From Albugo candida (taxonomy: Eukaryota), in contig JBDOQK010000025.1 of assembly GCA_040437565.1 (NCBI GenBank), positions 1-64,000 of the forward strand: 64,000 nucleotides of DNA. The letters are read 5' to 3'. Every line of letters starts with the position of its first letter. The stretch's first letter is position 1. The position numbers were made by a program, and so were the translations under genes. Below are positions 36,921-48,799 of this stretch, piece after piece. Under the pieces are notes generated by a model. That model was not told where the DNA came from. It was given only the letters and a program-made list of their open reading frames with translations, and did no database searches.

Positions 36921-38003
36921 TCAGACGACATCTCGCATCCACCTATGTTGCAAAACTTGAGCAGCAGAAGGTCGAAATTTGGGATCTTCATGTAGCAAAG
37001 ACCGGATCAGGTCTTTTGCTTCATTCGATACTTGTGTCCACGGTTCAAAATCAAGATGCACTCTCTGAACGTGAACGCGTTTCTCAATCTCTTCGTCTGT
37101 CGCAGTACCATCCAGATCGAACGGATGGGAACCGCACAATGCAATATACAGGACGCAACCAAGTGCCCACATATCTGTTGCTGGTGAGCAGATCCCCGAC
37201 AATATATACTCAGGAGACTGGTACGCTGTTGTTCCGATGTGATCGTGCGGCGTACGGGCTGTCGCAGGCCCAGCACTCCCAAAGTCAGCGATTTTTGCGA
37301 CATTGTTATTCGTATTTCCCGGTTCCATCAACAAGATGTTTTCCGGCTTGATATCTTTATGGACAATGCCAGATTCATGTAAAAAAGCGAGGGCTTTGCA
37401 GATGTCACGTGCTAGTAGCCGAGTCTGGTGCTCCGTCATTGCGCCGTACGCTGCTAGGTGAGTGTACATTTCACCACCTCGCATGAGCTCCGTTACGATG
37501 TGAACCTTTTGATCCGATTGGTAGATGCCTCTCAGTGTGATGATATTATTGTGACCTCCACGCGCACGAACAGATTTCAAGACGTCAATTTCCCTCGTCA
37601 GCGAGCTCTTATTTTGTTCATTTAATTCAATCACTTTAACGGCTGCTGTAAGTCCAGTATCAGCGCAAGTTGCGTAATGGACAACACCATACGAACCAGA
37701 ACCAATCTCGTGAGCAAGTTTCCAACTACTGATTTCACTGATACTATTTGGTTTCGTCTGTTGATTCAGCTCAATTCCGATACTCAATGCAGCAGCGAGC
37801 ATCATTTCGCTTGCTTTCAAACACATCATACGGGTATACGAAGGGTATTCCATTAGCGAAGCAACCGAGAAGATGCGGGATTGGTCATGTTTCTCATTTG
37901 AGTACACTATATCGGGTGTATGCATCAATCGAGCAGCATACTGTCGTGAAGCCCGAATGAGAGTACTTGAACGAAGACGAGTGTTCAGAGTGAAGGGCAA
38001 CAT
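36921..38003 (-). CDS. CAMK-group Ser/Thr protein kinase
   Basis: IGSGSYG, AVK, HKDIKPEN, DFG, GTTAYQSPE, DMWALG, RPSAAQVLQHRW; intronless. Confidence 0.92.
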   Translation of the reverse strand: MLPFTLNTRLRSSTLIRASRQYAARLMHTPDIVYSNEKHDQSRIFSVASLMEYPSYTRMMCLKASEMMLAAALSIGIELNQQTKPNSISEISSWKLAHEIGSGSYGVVHYATCADTGLTAAVKVIELNEQNKSSLTREIDVLKSVRARGGHNNIITLRGIYQSDQKVHIVTELMRGGEMYTHLAAYGAMTEHQTRLLARDICKALAFLHESGIVHKDIKPENILLMEPGNTNNNVAKIADFGSAGPATARTPHDHIGTTAYQSPEYILSGICSPATDMWALGCVLYIALCGSHPFDLDGTATDEEIEKRVHVQRVHLDFEPWTQVSNEAKDLIRSLLHEDPKFRPSAAQVLQHRWMRDVV

Positions 38004-38206
38004 GAAGAATTCAGTAGTGCTATGAATCTTTACGAATAAAATATATTCAGAGCACGAACATTACTTGTCGCAAATAATTACAGCTCTATCCAGCATCTGA
38101 CCCCTAACAATAAGTGTGCGACATAAATAAACCCACTCTTATTCGCTCTTATTCGAACACTTACCCAATATCGCGCTTGTAAAGGTATGATTTTTGATGA
38201 TAAGGG

Positions 38207-39256
38207 CTACTTACGTGTGAATTTAATGTACCCATACATCATCATGAAGACAATAAATAGAAATAGTATGAGCCAAATCGCAGTCCACAAACCGATACTG
38301 GTTTTAAGTTGACGTGTCAGGATAGCGTTCTCACGGTCGAGAAGATCGGTATTCGTCTCGGCCGACTCTCCCACTTGATCCAATACTTTAATGTCTGCTG
38401 TTAGCGCTGAATTGATATTTTTAGTTCGCTCTTTCAATATTTGCGCCATATTTATCATATCGGATTGAATCGCATCCGGCTCCATTTTGGACCGCGATAC
38501 ATTTGATCGACTTAATCGGAGTTCCGAAGTGGTGACAATTTTTGATGTAGCTTTGCTTCCATCAATCCTTTGTACGAAGATTAGGAATAGATTAATCTTG
38601 TTTCTACACTTACCCGAGTTTTTGTCGCATCGTTCTCTTAACTCCGGATGGTTCTGTTGCTTCCGTGGCCTCAATCAAAGCGTCAAAGTCGCTCAATTTT
38701 AGATCATTAACATCCGAAACATTATGCTGTGTCTTGCTTCTAACACTGTCGGGTCTTGATGCCGTCTGCTCTGGTCCGGTGATCTTTTCATTCAAGTCTT
38801 CGGCATCAGTCTTGCGCGTTGCTTCTTCATCAGGTATAATTTTCGACTTGAGTCTGTCTATGAAAAAATCACCAAACGTGTTTCGCGATTCCATTACTCT
38901 GACAGCACTTTCAAGTCGCGAGTGTCTTTCTTTCCAGTCGAGTTCGCCATTCTCGGTCTGCATCTCATAAGTGGCTCAGTCAGACGAAAGGAGTACGAGA
39001 TATACGATTCTCACCTCTGCTTTGATTGCAGCAATTTTCAGGAAATTCTGAGCAAGTTGAGCAAACTGCGACAAAACGTTGTTGATTCATCATAGATCAG
39101 GTGGAAAGATCTCAATGAAAAATTTACTTGCTTATGAACGATCCCAAGACTTTTCTTTTCCTCCTCACCAGCCTTATTTTCTTGAAAACGCTGCCATGAA
39201 TTCAGAAAGCGTTCGCAGTCGATCCATTCTCTAGGAGCAATTTGGCGAGCTGTCAT
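38207..39256 (-). CDS. USE1: ER SNARE USE1-like protein (multi-exon)
   Basis: C-terminal SNARE-like DMINMAQILKE...DIKVLD...LDREN followed by a terminal TM helix LWTAIWLILFLFIVFMMMY. Confidence 0.7.
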
Positions 39257-39304
39257 CTCTACTAAATGCCCAATCATATCGATCAGCCTGCATCGTGACA
39301 CAAT

Positions 39305-42300
39305 ATGCTCATTCTTTTCATAGTATCGTGCTTCGTTTGCAGTGCTATTAATGCTCTTATAGTTCTGCAATCAAATACCACATATACCATCAACGGCAAA
39401 AGCTTACTCAAGGATCTATTCGAGGTGATACTTCCATGCATTAAATATTAGAAAACAACACTAAAAAGCTACATTATCAGTGTTCTTCTAGGCACTCCAT
39501 AGGGAGGTACAATGAGTATTATGTTATATGTAGATTCAGACTATCCGTGAGCCATTCAATGGAGTCTCTGGATATCGAAAATGTTACGATCGATGCCTTT
39601 CAACTGCCAAGCGCAATTCCATCATGGCTTTTCGTTCGTGTGGAGATTGTCTTCCATCTGAATGCATCAACATCCTTTACCATGCAAAACAGCACCATTT
39701 TAGCCAGTGCGATTAATATCGACGCAAAGTCTGTCTACCTGACCAACAACGCGACACTAAATGTCTCTGAACGCGGATTAAAGTTTGGTCCTGGCTTTAA
39801 TTCATATGTTTCACAAGGCGGGTCATATGGTGGTATTGGAGGCATCTCTTTATCTTATACGTACAAAAAATGTGAAAGGTCTAGTCTCAATGAATTTTAT
39901 CGTCCTGTTGGCGATGTTTCTGGAGATTTGGGTGACTTTAGAGGGTATGGAAGCGGCGGTGGAGGGAATTCGCAACGTGGTGGAGGCCGCATTGTTGTGA
40001 TTGCGAACAATTTCCTGTGCATAAATGGAGGGATCTTTGCCGATGGAGCAGGAGCTTGTTCGAATGAAGACTGTGATCGAAACCCTGGTGGAGCGGGTGG
40101 CACAATCATACTTGAAAGCAAGCAAATCAATGGAAGCGGTCAAATTCACGCCAATGGAGGAACACCTAGTATTTACGATCCAAGTAGTAATAAAGGAGGT
40201 GGTGGAGGGGGAAGTGGAGGACGTATTGCACTCAAGTTTAGTCAAGGCGTCGAGCAATTCGACACGAGTCAGATTAGAGCCTTTGGAGGTGGATCTTTTC
40301 CCGCTTATCTCAACTCGAATGACGCTAGTATGATCGAATGGTGCCAGCTCGGTGCAGATGGAACAATTTTGATGATTCAAAACTACTCGAATCCAGGCAA
40401 CTTTGATAATGCCAGCATTAGCGTTCTAGTCATTGCAGGGAATCGCTATAGTCCTTCTGTACGGGCTCCAATACAATTGCATGGCTGCACACCAATTTTT
40501 GTGAATAGTGCTCGGCTCAATGATTTTGTACCAGCTTCATTGATACGTGTGCAAATAAGAGGCGGTGCAGCTGTCTGCATCAATTATTTACGACTGAAAG
40601 TAAGGATATGTATTCTTATGAGACATACTTTGGCCTGTATTCACCGTCTCCATTACTAGGAAAGCATTTCTGGAATCAACAGCAGCTTTGAGTTGAACGA
40701 GAAATCCCAACTGCAACATCTTAATCTCAATCGGTCTATTCAAATTGTTGCAGCCAATATTCACATACAGGTATATTCCATCAATCCATCATTTCTCATG
40801 AGTGGAGCTCAATCTTGTTGTATCAGGGATTTATAGGTCAACGTGAGCAACTTTCATCTGCTTTATTCTCGGCTCGCTTCGATTGTGCCTCTACAATGAT
40901 CAAAGCCGCAGTTGTCCATGTCCTGCAGCTACATATTAGTGCCAAAGAGAATGTCACGATGGATAACTTGTCTGTGCTCACGTTCAGCGGTCAAACAGAA
41001 CTTATCGCTATGAAAAGGGTGACAGTAGAGAGCACTCTAATCCCTAAAGCTTACTGGGCTTCAAATCTATACACCTCCAAGTCGCGTAAACAAAGTGATA
41101 CAATCACACTGAGCATTCAAAGTGGTGATCTGATAATTCTTCGACCACAACCTTCGCAGTTGGGGGCTATGTTATTCAGACTCAATGCGATGGGAAATGT
41201 CCTTCTCGACTTGAGTTTTGACACCCCGCAACTAAATGTATCTATTCAGGCTACCGATATCGAGATACCACGTTTCTCAAGTGGATGCATGCCAAACTGT
41301 TTGGAAGTCAAGGCACAAGGTGATCTGTATACGTGCGAAAAGTATCAGCAGCAAGATCGAAGAGACTCTCCCTATTTGTTGACGGTTGTTGCTCTCAATA
41401 CTGCCACCTTAGGAAATGTGTCTGCAGGATCATTGTTATTGTGCAGTAAGCACAAGATACTTGTCAAAGGAGCTGTATCAGCTTCTGCACTTGGTTGCAA
41501 ATCCGGCTATGGATTGGGCAATAGCAGCGTACATGGAGGTGCTAGCGGAGGTGCTGGTCACGGCGGGATGGGAGGTGCTATACAACCTCAAAATATTGGA
41601 GCTGGAATTGCATACGATAGTGTAGATGTGGAATATGACAGACATTTGCCGCTGACGTGGCCGATCTGGCCCGGAAGTGGAGCAGGCAGTGACACAAGCA
41701 AGATTTTAGGTGGAAATGGTGGCGGTTTAATCCATCTCAAAGCAAATTCTTTGGTATTCGATAAGCATGCAGGCTTGTACACAAATGGCGGGTCAGGCTC
41801 AAATGGAGGCGGTGGAGGCTCTGGTGGATCAATCACGATGTTTTTGATGGAGATATCTGGAAATGGAGAGGTAGCTGCACGAGGTGGAGATTCAGTCCCT
41901 ACGCCAAAGACCCCAGTTTATAAACATGCCTACTTTGAGTCATACAAACACAGTGCTTCAAGTAAAGGGGGCGGGGGTGGTGGAGGCATTCTTCGTATCG
42001 TTTATGATTTCAATGGTACCAACTTGTCCTCATTTGGTGATCAGTTTCTTCATGATGGGGGCGTTGTTTCTTTGGATGGAGGAAAGAGCCAAAATGGAGG
42101 CAAAGCCGGTGTTGTTGGAATCTCAGCCGGTACAAATTGTAGTCATGGTCGAGGCGGTGTTCTGTGCCAAAAATGCGCCCCAGGAACGTTTAGCCCCAAC
42201 ACAATGTCTGAATGTAAACCTTGTCGTCCAGGTACATTCTCGGACATTTGGGGCAGTGGAAGCTGTACATCATGCATGGAAGGCACGTTCAAATAAATGA

Positions 42301-44781
42301 TCTACAGGCTCGAACAAGTCTCATCTCGTTTTTACATATAGGAACGTTCTCGGAGAATTTTGGATGCCAAAAATGCGCACAGTGTGAAAAAGGAACATTC
42401 GCTGCACAAAAAGGAGCCAAAACGTGCACGACCTGTAATCCCGGTTCATTTGCATCCACAGAAGGTAGCACAAATTGCAAGCTTTGTCCCCTCGGTACGA
42501 TTGCGCCAAGTTTTCACAGCACGGGATGTCATTCATGTGGAATCGGAGAAACGACAAAGACTCCTGGAGCTATCACTTGCTGGAGATGCCACGATAAACC
42601 GATACATGCGACCTTCAATATGCGGGGCAATTGTAGTTACGCCTGTGATAGAGGACACATTGGAGCAAATTGTCTGACTCCCTTTGAGCGATTTTTGGAA
42701 AAAGTGGGTGGTTCTTTGGCATTCTCATTGCTGGTACTTGGTTTTGGAGCTCTTCTCGCTGCCTTCTCCGTGTCATTTTCATATCAAAATTCAGCCAAAA
42801 AAATGCAAAAGAGTCGACAATATCAAACAAAGATGCTTCGGGATCAGCGATCGCTTCACAAAATGACGCGCCAAATGACTCCGCGATTGATAGACCAGGA
42901 CCTGATTCATCACACAGCAAGAATTTACTTTTTGGGAAGTAATACCTTCAATCACTCATGGAAGCTAGATCCAGCGTTATTGCCTGAACGCCTCCAAGAA
43001 ATCATTTATCATTCATCCTTCAGTCAATTTGCAGACAATTGCAATCGAATATTGGACCTCGACTCAGGTTACAGAAATTGGCTTTACATTGCAATGAAAA
43101 TTCTGTGTCCACCAGCCGCTATTATGTATTTACATCGATGTCAATTGATAATGCTGGGGGATTTGGCACAGTATCTCGCGCAATATGGTGCGGGATTTTG
43201 TCGAAATGTCAGTTTTCGAGCACATAACGCACAAGTCAAACTTGGCTTCAGCCCTGATTTTTCGCTTGGGTATTTGGACGTTTTGGTCAATGCTCTGAGT
43301 AGCAGCACGCTTTTAGCACCATCGTATCAGCCGTTGGTCACTCATCATCACCCAAGCTTGATATTCTTTGCGGTGGCTGGCGATGGATCCTTCTATCGAC
43401 CGTATCATGTTGATACAAACGATGTCATTGTTCGGACTGTAACCTCACGCTTTCATCTCCTCAAACATCATTTCTGGATCAAGTTTATTGCTAGGCTGAA
43501 CTCTCAGATTCGCAGGCTCTCTCAATCTCCAACGAGGCACACGGCAGAGGTCGATAGGGTCTTGCGTGGAATTGTTTTGTTTCTATATTCCCAAGAGGAG
43601 CCATTCCGAACGCTAGGCTTTCAGGTCCATTTCTAGACAGGTTAGCTAATCGATGACTTCTGATCTCTTTTGTATCTCAATAGGTGGAATTTGGAATATT
43701 TGAAATGGAAAAGCTTCGACATGTGCCTTCAAATGAAGCTTGCTTTCAAAGAATCAATATGGAAAACCATGCAAATATTTCTGCAATTATGAGATTGAAT
43801 CCTTCCGCAATCAAGCTTGCATGTTGCGCAAGAAGAAAGGTAAATGGAGAGCAAAGGCACCAAGATATGGTGAGCGAACCTTTGAAAGCCCCAGCGAGTG
43901 CAAAAACACGACTCGGAAGTCTTTCGTCGGAAGTGAACTTCCAAAACTCACAAATCCGTCAAAATGCTTTATTTGCCGAAGAACAAAAGAATAGTTCTGA
44001 GGACTCTTTGTTGGCACACCCAGAACATGATTATCGGGAAGCTTCATCGTCTGGAAATAAATCTTGGTTCTCCGAGATTTATGACAGAATCTTCTACCAG
44101 AAAATTGAGCCTATTGTATCGACTGTGTACCGACTCCGACACGTTCCAGCACCGCAATTTGCCAACAAACATCCATGGCGGCTTCCGTCTGCTTTCATAC
44201 TCGTTCTCTTGGCCGATATTGGCCTCTCTTTCTGGATTCTCATTCAATACTTTTGCATTCAAGTCAACGATCCAGACAGTCACGATTCCGGATGCTCTCA
44301 CGTAAGTTTCCCCATACAAATGCCGATACTATACGCAATTAACACAACACTATGCAGATGGCATTCTACGGTGTTCTTGGATTTGAACCAATGGCGTTGG
44401 TGGGAGCTCCATTACTGGGTCTGCTTTTTGTATCCAAGCAGAACGTCTGTTTCGGAAAGCTGGTACGCCATTTGATGTGTACAATCATAGGATTCACAGA
44501 TTTTGATCGATGTATGATAGTTTGCAATGTGGATGGTTGGCTCAATGCTAAACCTCGTTATCGCCTGCTCGTTCGCGTTGATTTACGCATCCTTCTTGCA
44601 TTACAGCATCTGGCTGATCCTGTTCTCCGGCTTCGTCATGAAGTATATGGAAAAAGAACTTGCTTTCCTTTGTGTGGCGCAGTACGAGCTTGAGCGGTCA
44701 TGTAGAGGCTGGCGAGATCTTTATACAACGACTGAGTGGTATGATTCAGCATACACTCCCTTAATTACTCGATATAAATGA
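39305..44781 (+). CDS. Large glycine-rich, Cys-rich-repeat, multi-TM protein of unknown function (resembles the Arabidopsis At5g11700/At4g32920 family)
   Basis: Signal peptide MLILFIVSCFVCSAINA; GGGGGSGG tracts; CxxCxxGTF repeats; TM after CLTPFERFLEKVGG; RIYFLGSNTF, FSPDFSLGYLD and AGDGSF motifs; C-terminal TM helices. Family assignment is from recalled motifs. Confidence 0.78.
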
Positions 44782-44790
44782 AATCATACT

Positions 44791-45448
44791 CTATTCTCCG
44801 ATAATCCTGCGCGTTCTCCGACGTTCATTTGCTTCTCTTTCTTCTCGTTCTTGCCGAAGCTTTTCCAGAGTGACACTTTTGGACTTGCTCTTCTTTTTCT
44901 TTTTCTTTTTCTTGCACGATATGTCGTCTTGAGCAAGGCTTGGAGCTGCTTCACTCTGTAGCGCACGGGCAGTGTCTCGGTATTGTTTTTGATAGCTCTG
45001 AGGTCGCATGCAAAGAAGCGGATCATCTTCACTACGTAACGTAAATTCGATGAATTCGATGCAAAAGACTGAATCAGACGGAGCATGTACTTTACCTCTC
45101 ACGCTTTCGCCTTTTGGATTGAGATTCAACTCCTTTTGGAAGTATATACCATGGAGAATACTTCTGTGATGATAGCGTATTTACATTTCTTTCGCTTTCT
45201 ATCTTTCTCTGCGTACCCAACTGTTCCTCTATGTAAAAGAGGTTGAAGGGCTTTACTTCCGTCTGCTTTTGGAGTTTTCCTTGCTGCAGTTCGTAACGTT
45301 GCTCTTGTTCGAGAAGTTTCTCCTTTCGCTCCTTTTCCAACTTGCTTTCTTTTTCATTCTCTTCATCTCTAGTCACGCGTTCAATGTTATCACGACGCCA
45401 AACGTGCCATCTTTTATGACCCAGAATTCGGAGACCGCCGCCGCCCAT
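44791..45448 (-). CDS. Cir_N-domain (LENG1-like) splicing-associated protein, 2 exons
   Basis: LRILGHKRWHVWRRDNIERVTRDE is the Cir_N signature; second exon EDDPL...LEKLRQEREERE. Confidence 0.8.
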
Positions 45449-46548
45449 TGCGATCGCGTGCCTGTTAGAATTGATACTAATTTACACGAGTGCAATGACG
45501 ACGAACGCAAAGCATTGGTCACCTTCCTCATGGCGCCAATTCCCATGCAAACAGCAGGCAAACTATCCGGATTCTGACAAATTGAAGTTCGTGCACGAGA
45601 AGTGTGAGTGTATCGAATGTTCGCAATTTCAAGCCTCAAGAATTTAACTGCGATAGTACGGATGCTACCTGCTTTGGTCTCTGTGAATGAGATCGAAAAA
45701 CTTTGCACTCATTTGGCCGAAGTTGCCGAAGGGAAGCGTTTCTTGCTACAAGGCGGGGATTGCGCTGAGCGTTTTCAAGATTNNNNNNNNNNNNNNNNNN
45801 NNNNNNNNNNNNNNNNNNNNNNNNNNNNNNNNNNNNNNNNNNNNNNNNNNNNNNNNNNNNNNNNNNNNNNNNNNNNNNNNNNGATTGAGATTCAACTCCT
45901 TTTGGAAGTATATACCATGGAGAATACTTCTGTGATGATAGCGTATTTACATTTCTTTCGCTTTCTATCTTTCTCTGCGTACCCAACTGTTCCTCTATGT
46001 AAAAGAGGTTGAAGGGCTTTACTTCCGTCTGCTTTTGGAGTTTTCCTTGCTGCAGTTCGTAACGTTGCTCTTGTTCGAGAAGTTTCTCCTTTCGCTCCTT
46101 TTCCAACTTGCTTTCTTTTTCATTCTCTTCATCTCTAGTCACGCGTTCAATGTTATCACGACGCCAAACGTGCCATCTTTTATGACCCAGAATTCGGAGA
46201 CCGCCGCCGCCCATTGCGATCGCGTGCCTGTTAGAATTGATACTAATTTACACGAGTGCAATGACGACGAACGCAAAGCATTGGTCACCTTCCTCATGGC
46301 GCCAATTCCCATGCAAACAGCAGGCAAACTATCCGGATTCTGACAAATTGAAGTTCGTGCACGAGAAGTGTGAGTGTATCGAATGTTCGCAATTTCAAGC
46401 CTCAAGAATTTAACTGCGATAGTACGGATGCTACCTGCTTTGGTCTCTGTGAATGAGATCGAAAAACTTTGCACTCATTTGGCCGAAGTTGCCGAAGGGA
46501 AGCGTTTCTTGCTACAAGGCGGGGATTGCGCTGAGCGTTTTCAAGATT
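45117..46548. repeat. 666-bp direct duplicate flanking a gap (45117-45782 = 45883-46548), probably an assembly overlap
   Basis: Identical sequence on both sides of 100 N; the same pattern occurs at 2154-2341/2442-2629, 16121-16155/16256-16290 and 33647-33796/33897-34046. Confidence 0.85.
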
Positions 46549-47895
46549 GTCAATCACAATTGATTGAAAAGAAGCTGAAAATTATGATACAAATGAGCCT
46601 TGTGCTTCTTTGGGGTGCACGCATTCCGACAGTTCGAATTGCACGGATGGCTGGGCAGTTTGCAAAACCTCGCTCCAACGATTATGAAGTGATTGATGGT
46701 GGTACGTGAAATAAGCTCATCCTCGCATTCAATGTCCTAACTTCATGTCCAAAAAAGAAAAAGTCCCAAGTTTCCGTGGTGAAAATATCAATGGATTCGA
46801 GCCGTCCGAGCGGATACCAGACCCTCAGCGTCTACTAGAAGGCTACTTTCACAGCGCTGGTAACCAATGTCGAATATGTCGGAATTAATCGTGGTCTTAA
46901 TGATAATACGTAGCAACCCTTAACTATGGGCGAGTATTGCTAGACGGAGGACTCGCTGATATCCACAACGCTGCAAAATGGGACCTGGACTTTGTTCAAA
47001 CGTCGACTCGTCGAGAAGAATACCAGGATATGGTCAAACAAATCATTAACAGCCTGGAATTTGTTCATCTTTGTGGTGTGGACTCTGACACACTGAAAAC
47101 TATCGACCTGTTTATTTCGCACGAAGGTTTGGAACTCGGCTATGAAGAAGCAATGACGCGTCAGATCAACGGGAAGTACTATAATGTTGGCACCGATTTC
47201 CTGTGGATTGGTGATCGTACAAGACAATTGGATCACGCTCATGTAGAGTACTTTAGGGGCATCCAGAATCCGATCGGAATCAAGGTTCGTCAACATATGA
47301 GTCAACTTGTCTCGATGAGATTGAGATTTGCGATCCGTAGGTTGGGCCAAGTCTGGATTCAGACGAACTGGTGCAATTGATTCGTAAACTGTGGAGAGAA
47401 CCAGAAAAAAATCCAGGGCGAATCACTTTGATAACTCGGTATGGAAAAGATAAGGTAGTTGATGCTCAGACGACAAGTATATGAGTTTCTCTTTCATGCT
47501 AAGGAGGTATTTTATAGGTCGAATCGCTTCTTCCAAAGCATATAGAGGCCGTTCAATCGTCAGGACTTAAGGTTATCTGGTCCTGCGATCCGTGCCATGG
47601 CAACACGATACTTGCTGAAAACGGATACAAGACAAGGTCATTTGAGCATATATTGTTTGAGCTGGAGAAAACTTTAGAAATTCATGCGCGGTACAAGTCA
47701 AGACTTGGTGGTGTTCATTTCGAATTGACCGGTGAGAACGTGACAGAGTGTATCGGAGGACCCGAAGGCATCAATGAGGTTGACTTGCCTCTGCGTTATA
47801 CCAGCTATTGTGATCCGCGTTTGAACTATTCACAAAGTATGGAGATTGCATTTCTGCTTGCAAAAAGTCTCTCATCAAGTCGGACCACCAGATAA
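46261..47895 (+). CDS. Class II DAHP synthase (shikimate pathway; multi-exon)
   Basis: WSPSSWR, LLQGGDCAERF, RMAGQFAKPRS, FRGENING, SHEGL, LWIGDRTRQLD, NPIGIK, CDPCHGNT, GGVHFELTG, CDPRLN. Confidence 0.94.
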
Positions 47896-47974
47896 AATAT
47901 TAAAAGAACTCCCGTTACGACTCAGTAGTGTAGTAAGTTTGATTGCGATCGTCCTCATCACTTGATCGGTGCCA

Positions 47975-48672
47975 TCAACTGAATGAGCTATAGATTGAAT
48001 CAATAGCAGCATTCCATTTCATCCATCGTGGCAATACCTCATTTTCAAGAAGATGAATGGAATCTCGATATGACTGTAGGCTTTGGGCATCTTGATCAGA
48101 TTTATTTTGCATCAATGTCAAGCTTTTTTGCGTTTCCTCTAAAAAGTACATAGTCCATTCTGATACCAGTCCAACGATCAAAGAGAAAGTGATACTCAAT
48201 GCTGCTTTGCTTTCCACCAGATCCTTCTCTTTTTTGACCAAATCTTTCTCCAGTTTATAAATCCTATTGGGATCACATTATTTCCAAGTCGTTGTGACTT
48301 GCCAATTCAACTGTGCAGTACATTGCTTTCAGACATGCTCGTTCTTTTAGCAATTGCTCATTTTGAACATGTAATGCGCCAACTTGTTTCAGAGTCTTTT
48401 CTTGAAGCTTCTTGCTCTGTAAAAGTGATATATCTGGTAGCAGAGCCCTTGAATCGCTCACTACCTACTTGCAATTTCTCTTGTAGTGCACGTGCATTTT
48501 GCTCTGAGCTGCTTAGGAGTCGAATTAGTTGCCTACAGAGCACATTCGTCACTCGATTATCATGAACATGATAAAGAGACTGAAAACGATATTACGTGTA
48601 TTCCTGAGTATAAATTCTATTTTCTTCTTCCAATCTCTCAATGATGTCCTTCCGCAAAGACTTGAAATCCAT
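47975..48672 (-). CDS. Coiled-coil protein, weakly ATG16-like (multi-exon)
   Basis: MDFKSLRKDIIERLEEEN N-terminal helix, heptad-rich exons, C-terminal LENEVLPRWM; function tentative. Confidence 0.5.
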
Positions 48673-48799
48673 GGAATTGCTTCAGGTTTGAAGCTATATG
48701 TGTAATTATGATACTTGTTTTGTAAAAATAGAGATAAAATCTTCTCTAATTCTCTTTAAATACAAAGTATTGGCTGAGATCTCACTCGAAAAGTAAAAC

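Noticed and set aside
45117..46548. Tandem duplication of LENG1-like and DAHP synthase 5' ends
   Set aside because: Identical copies abut a 100-N gap, as at three other gaps; best explained as unmerged contig overlap.
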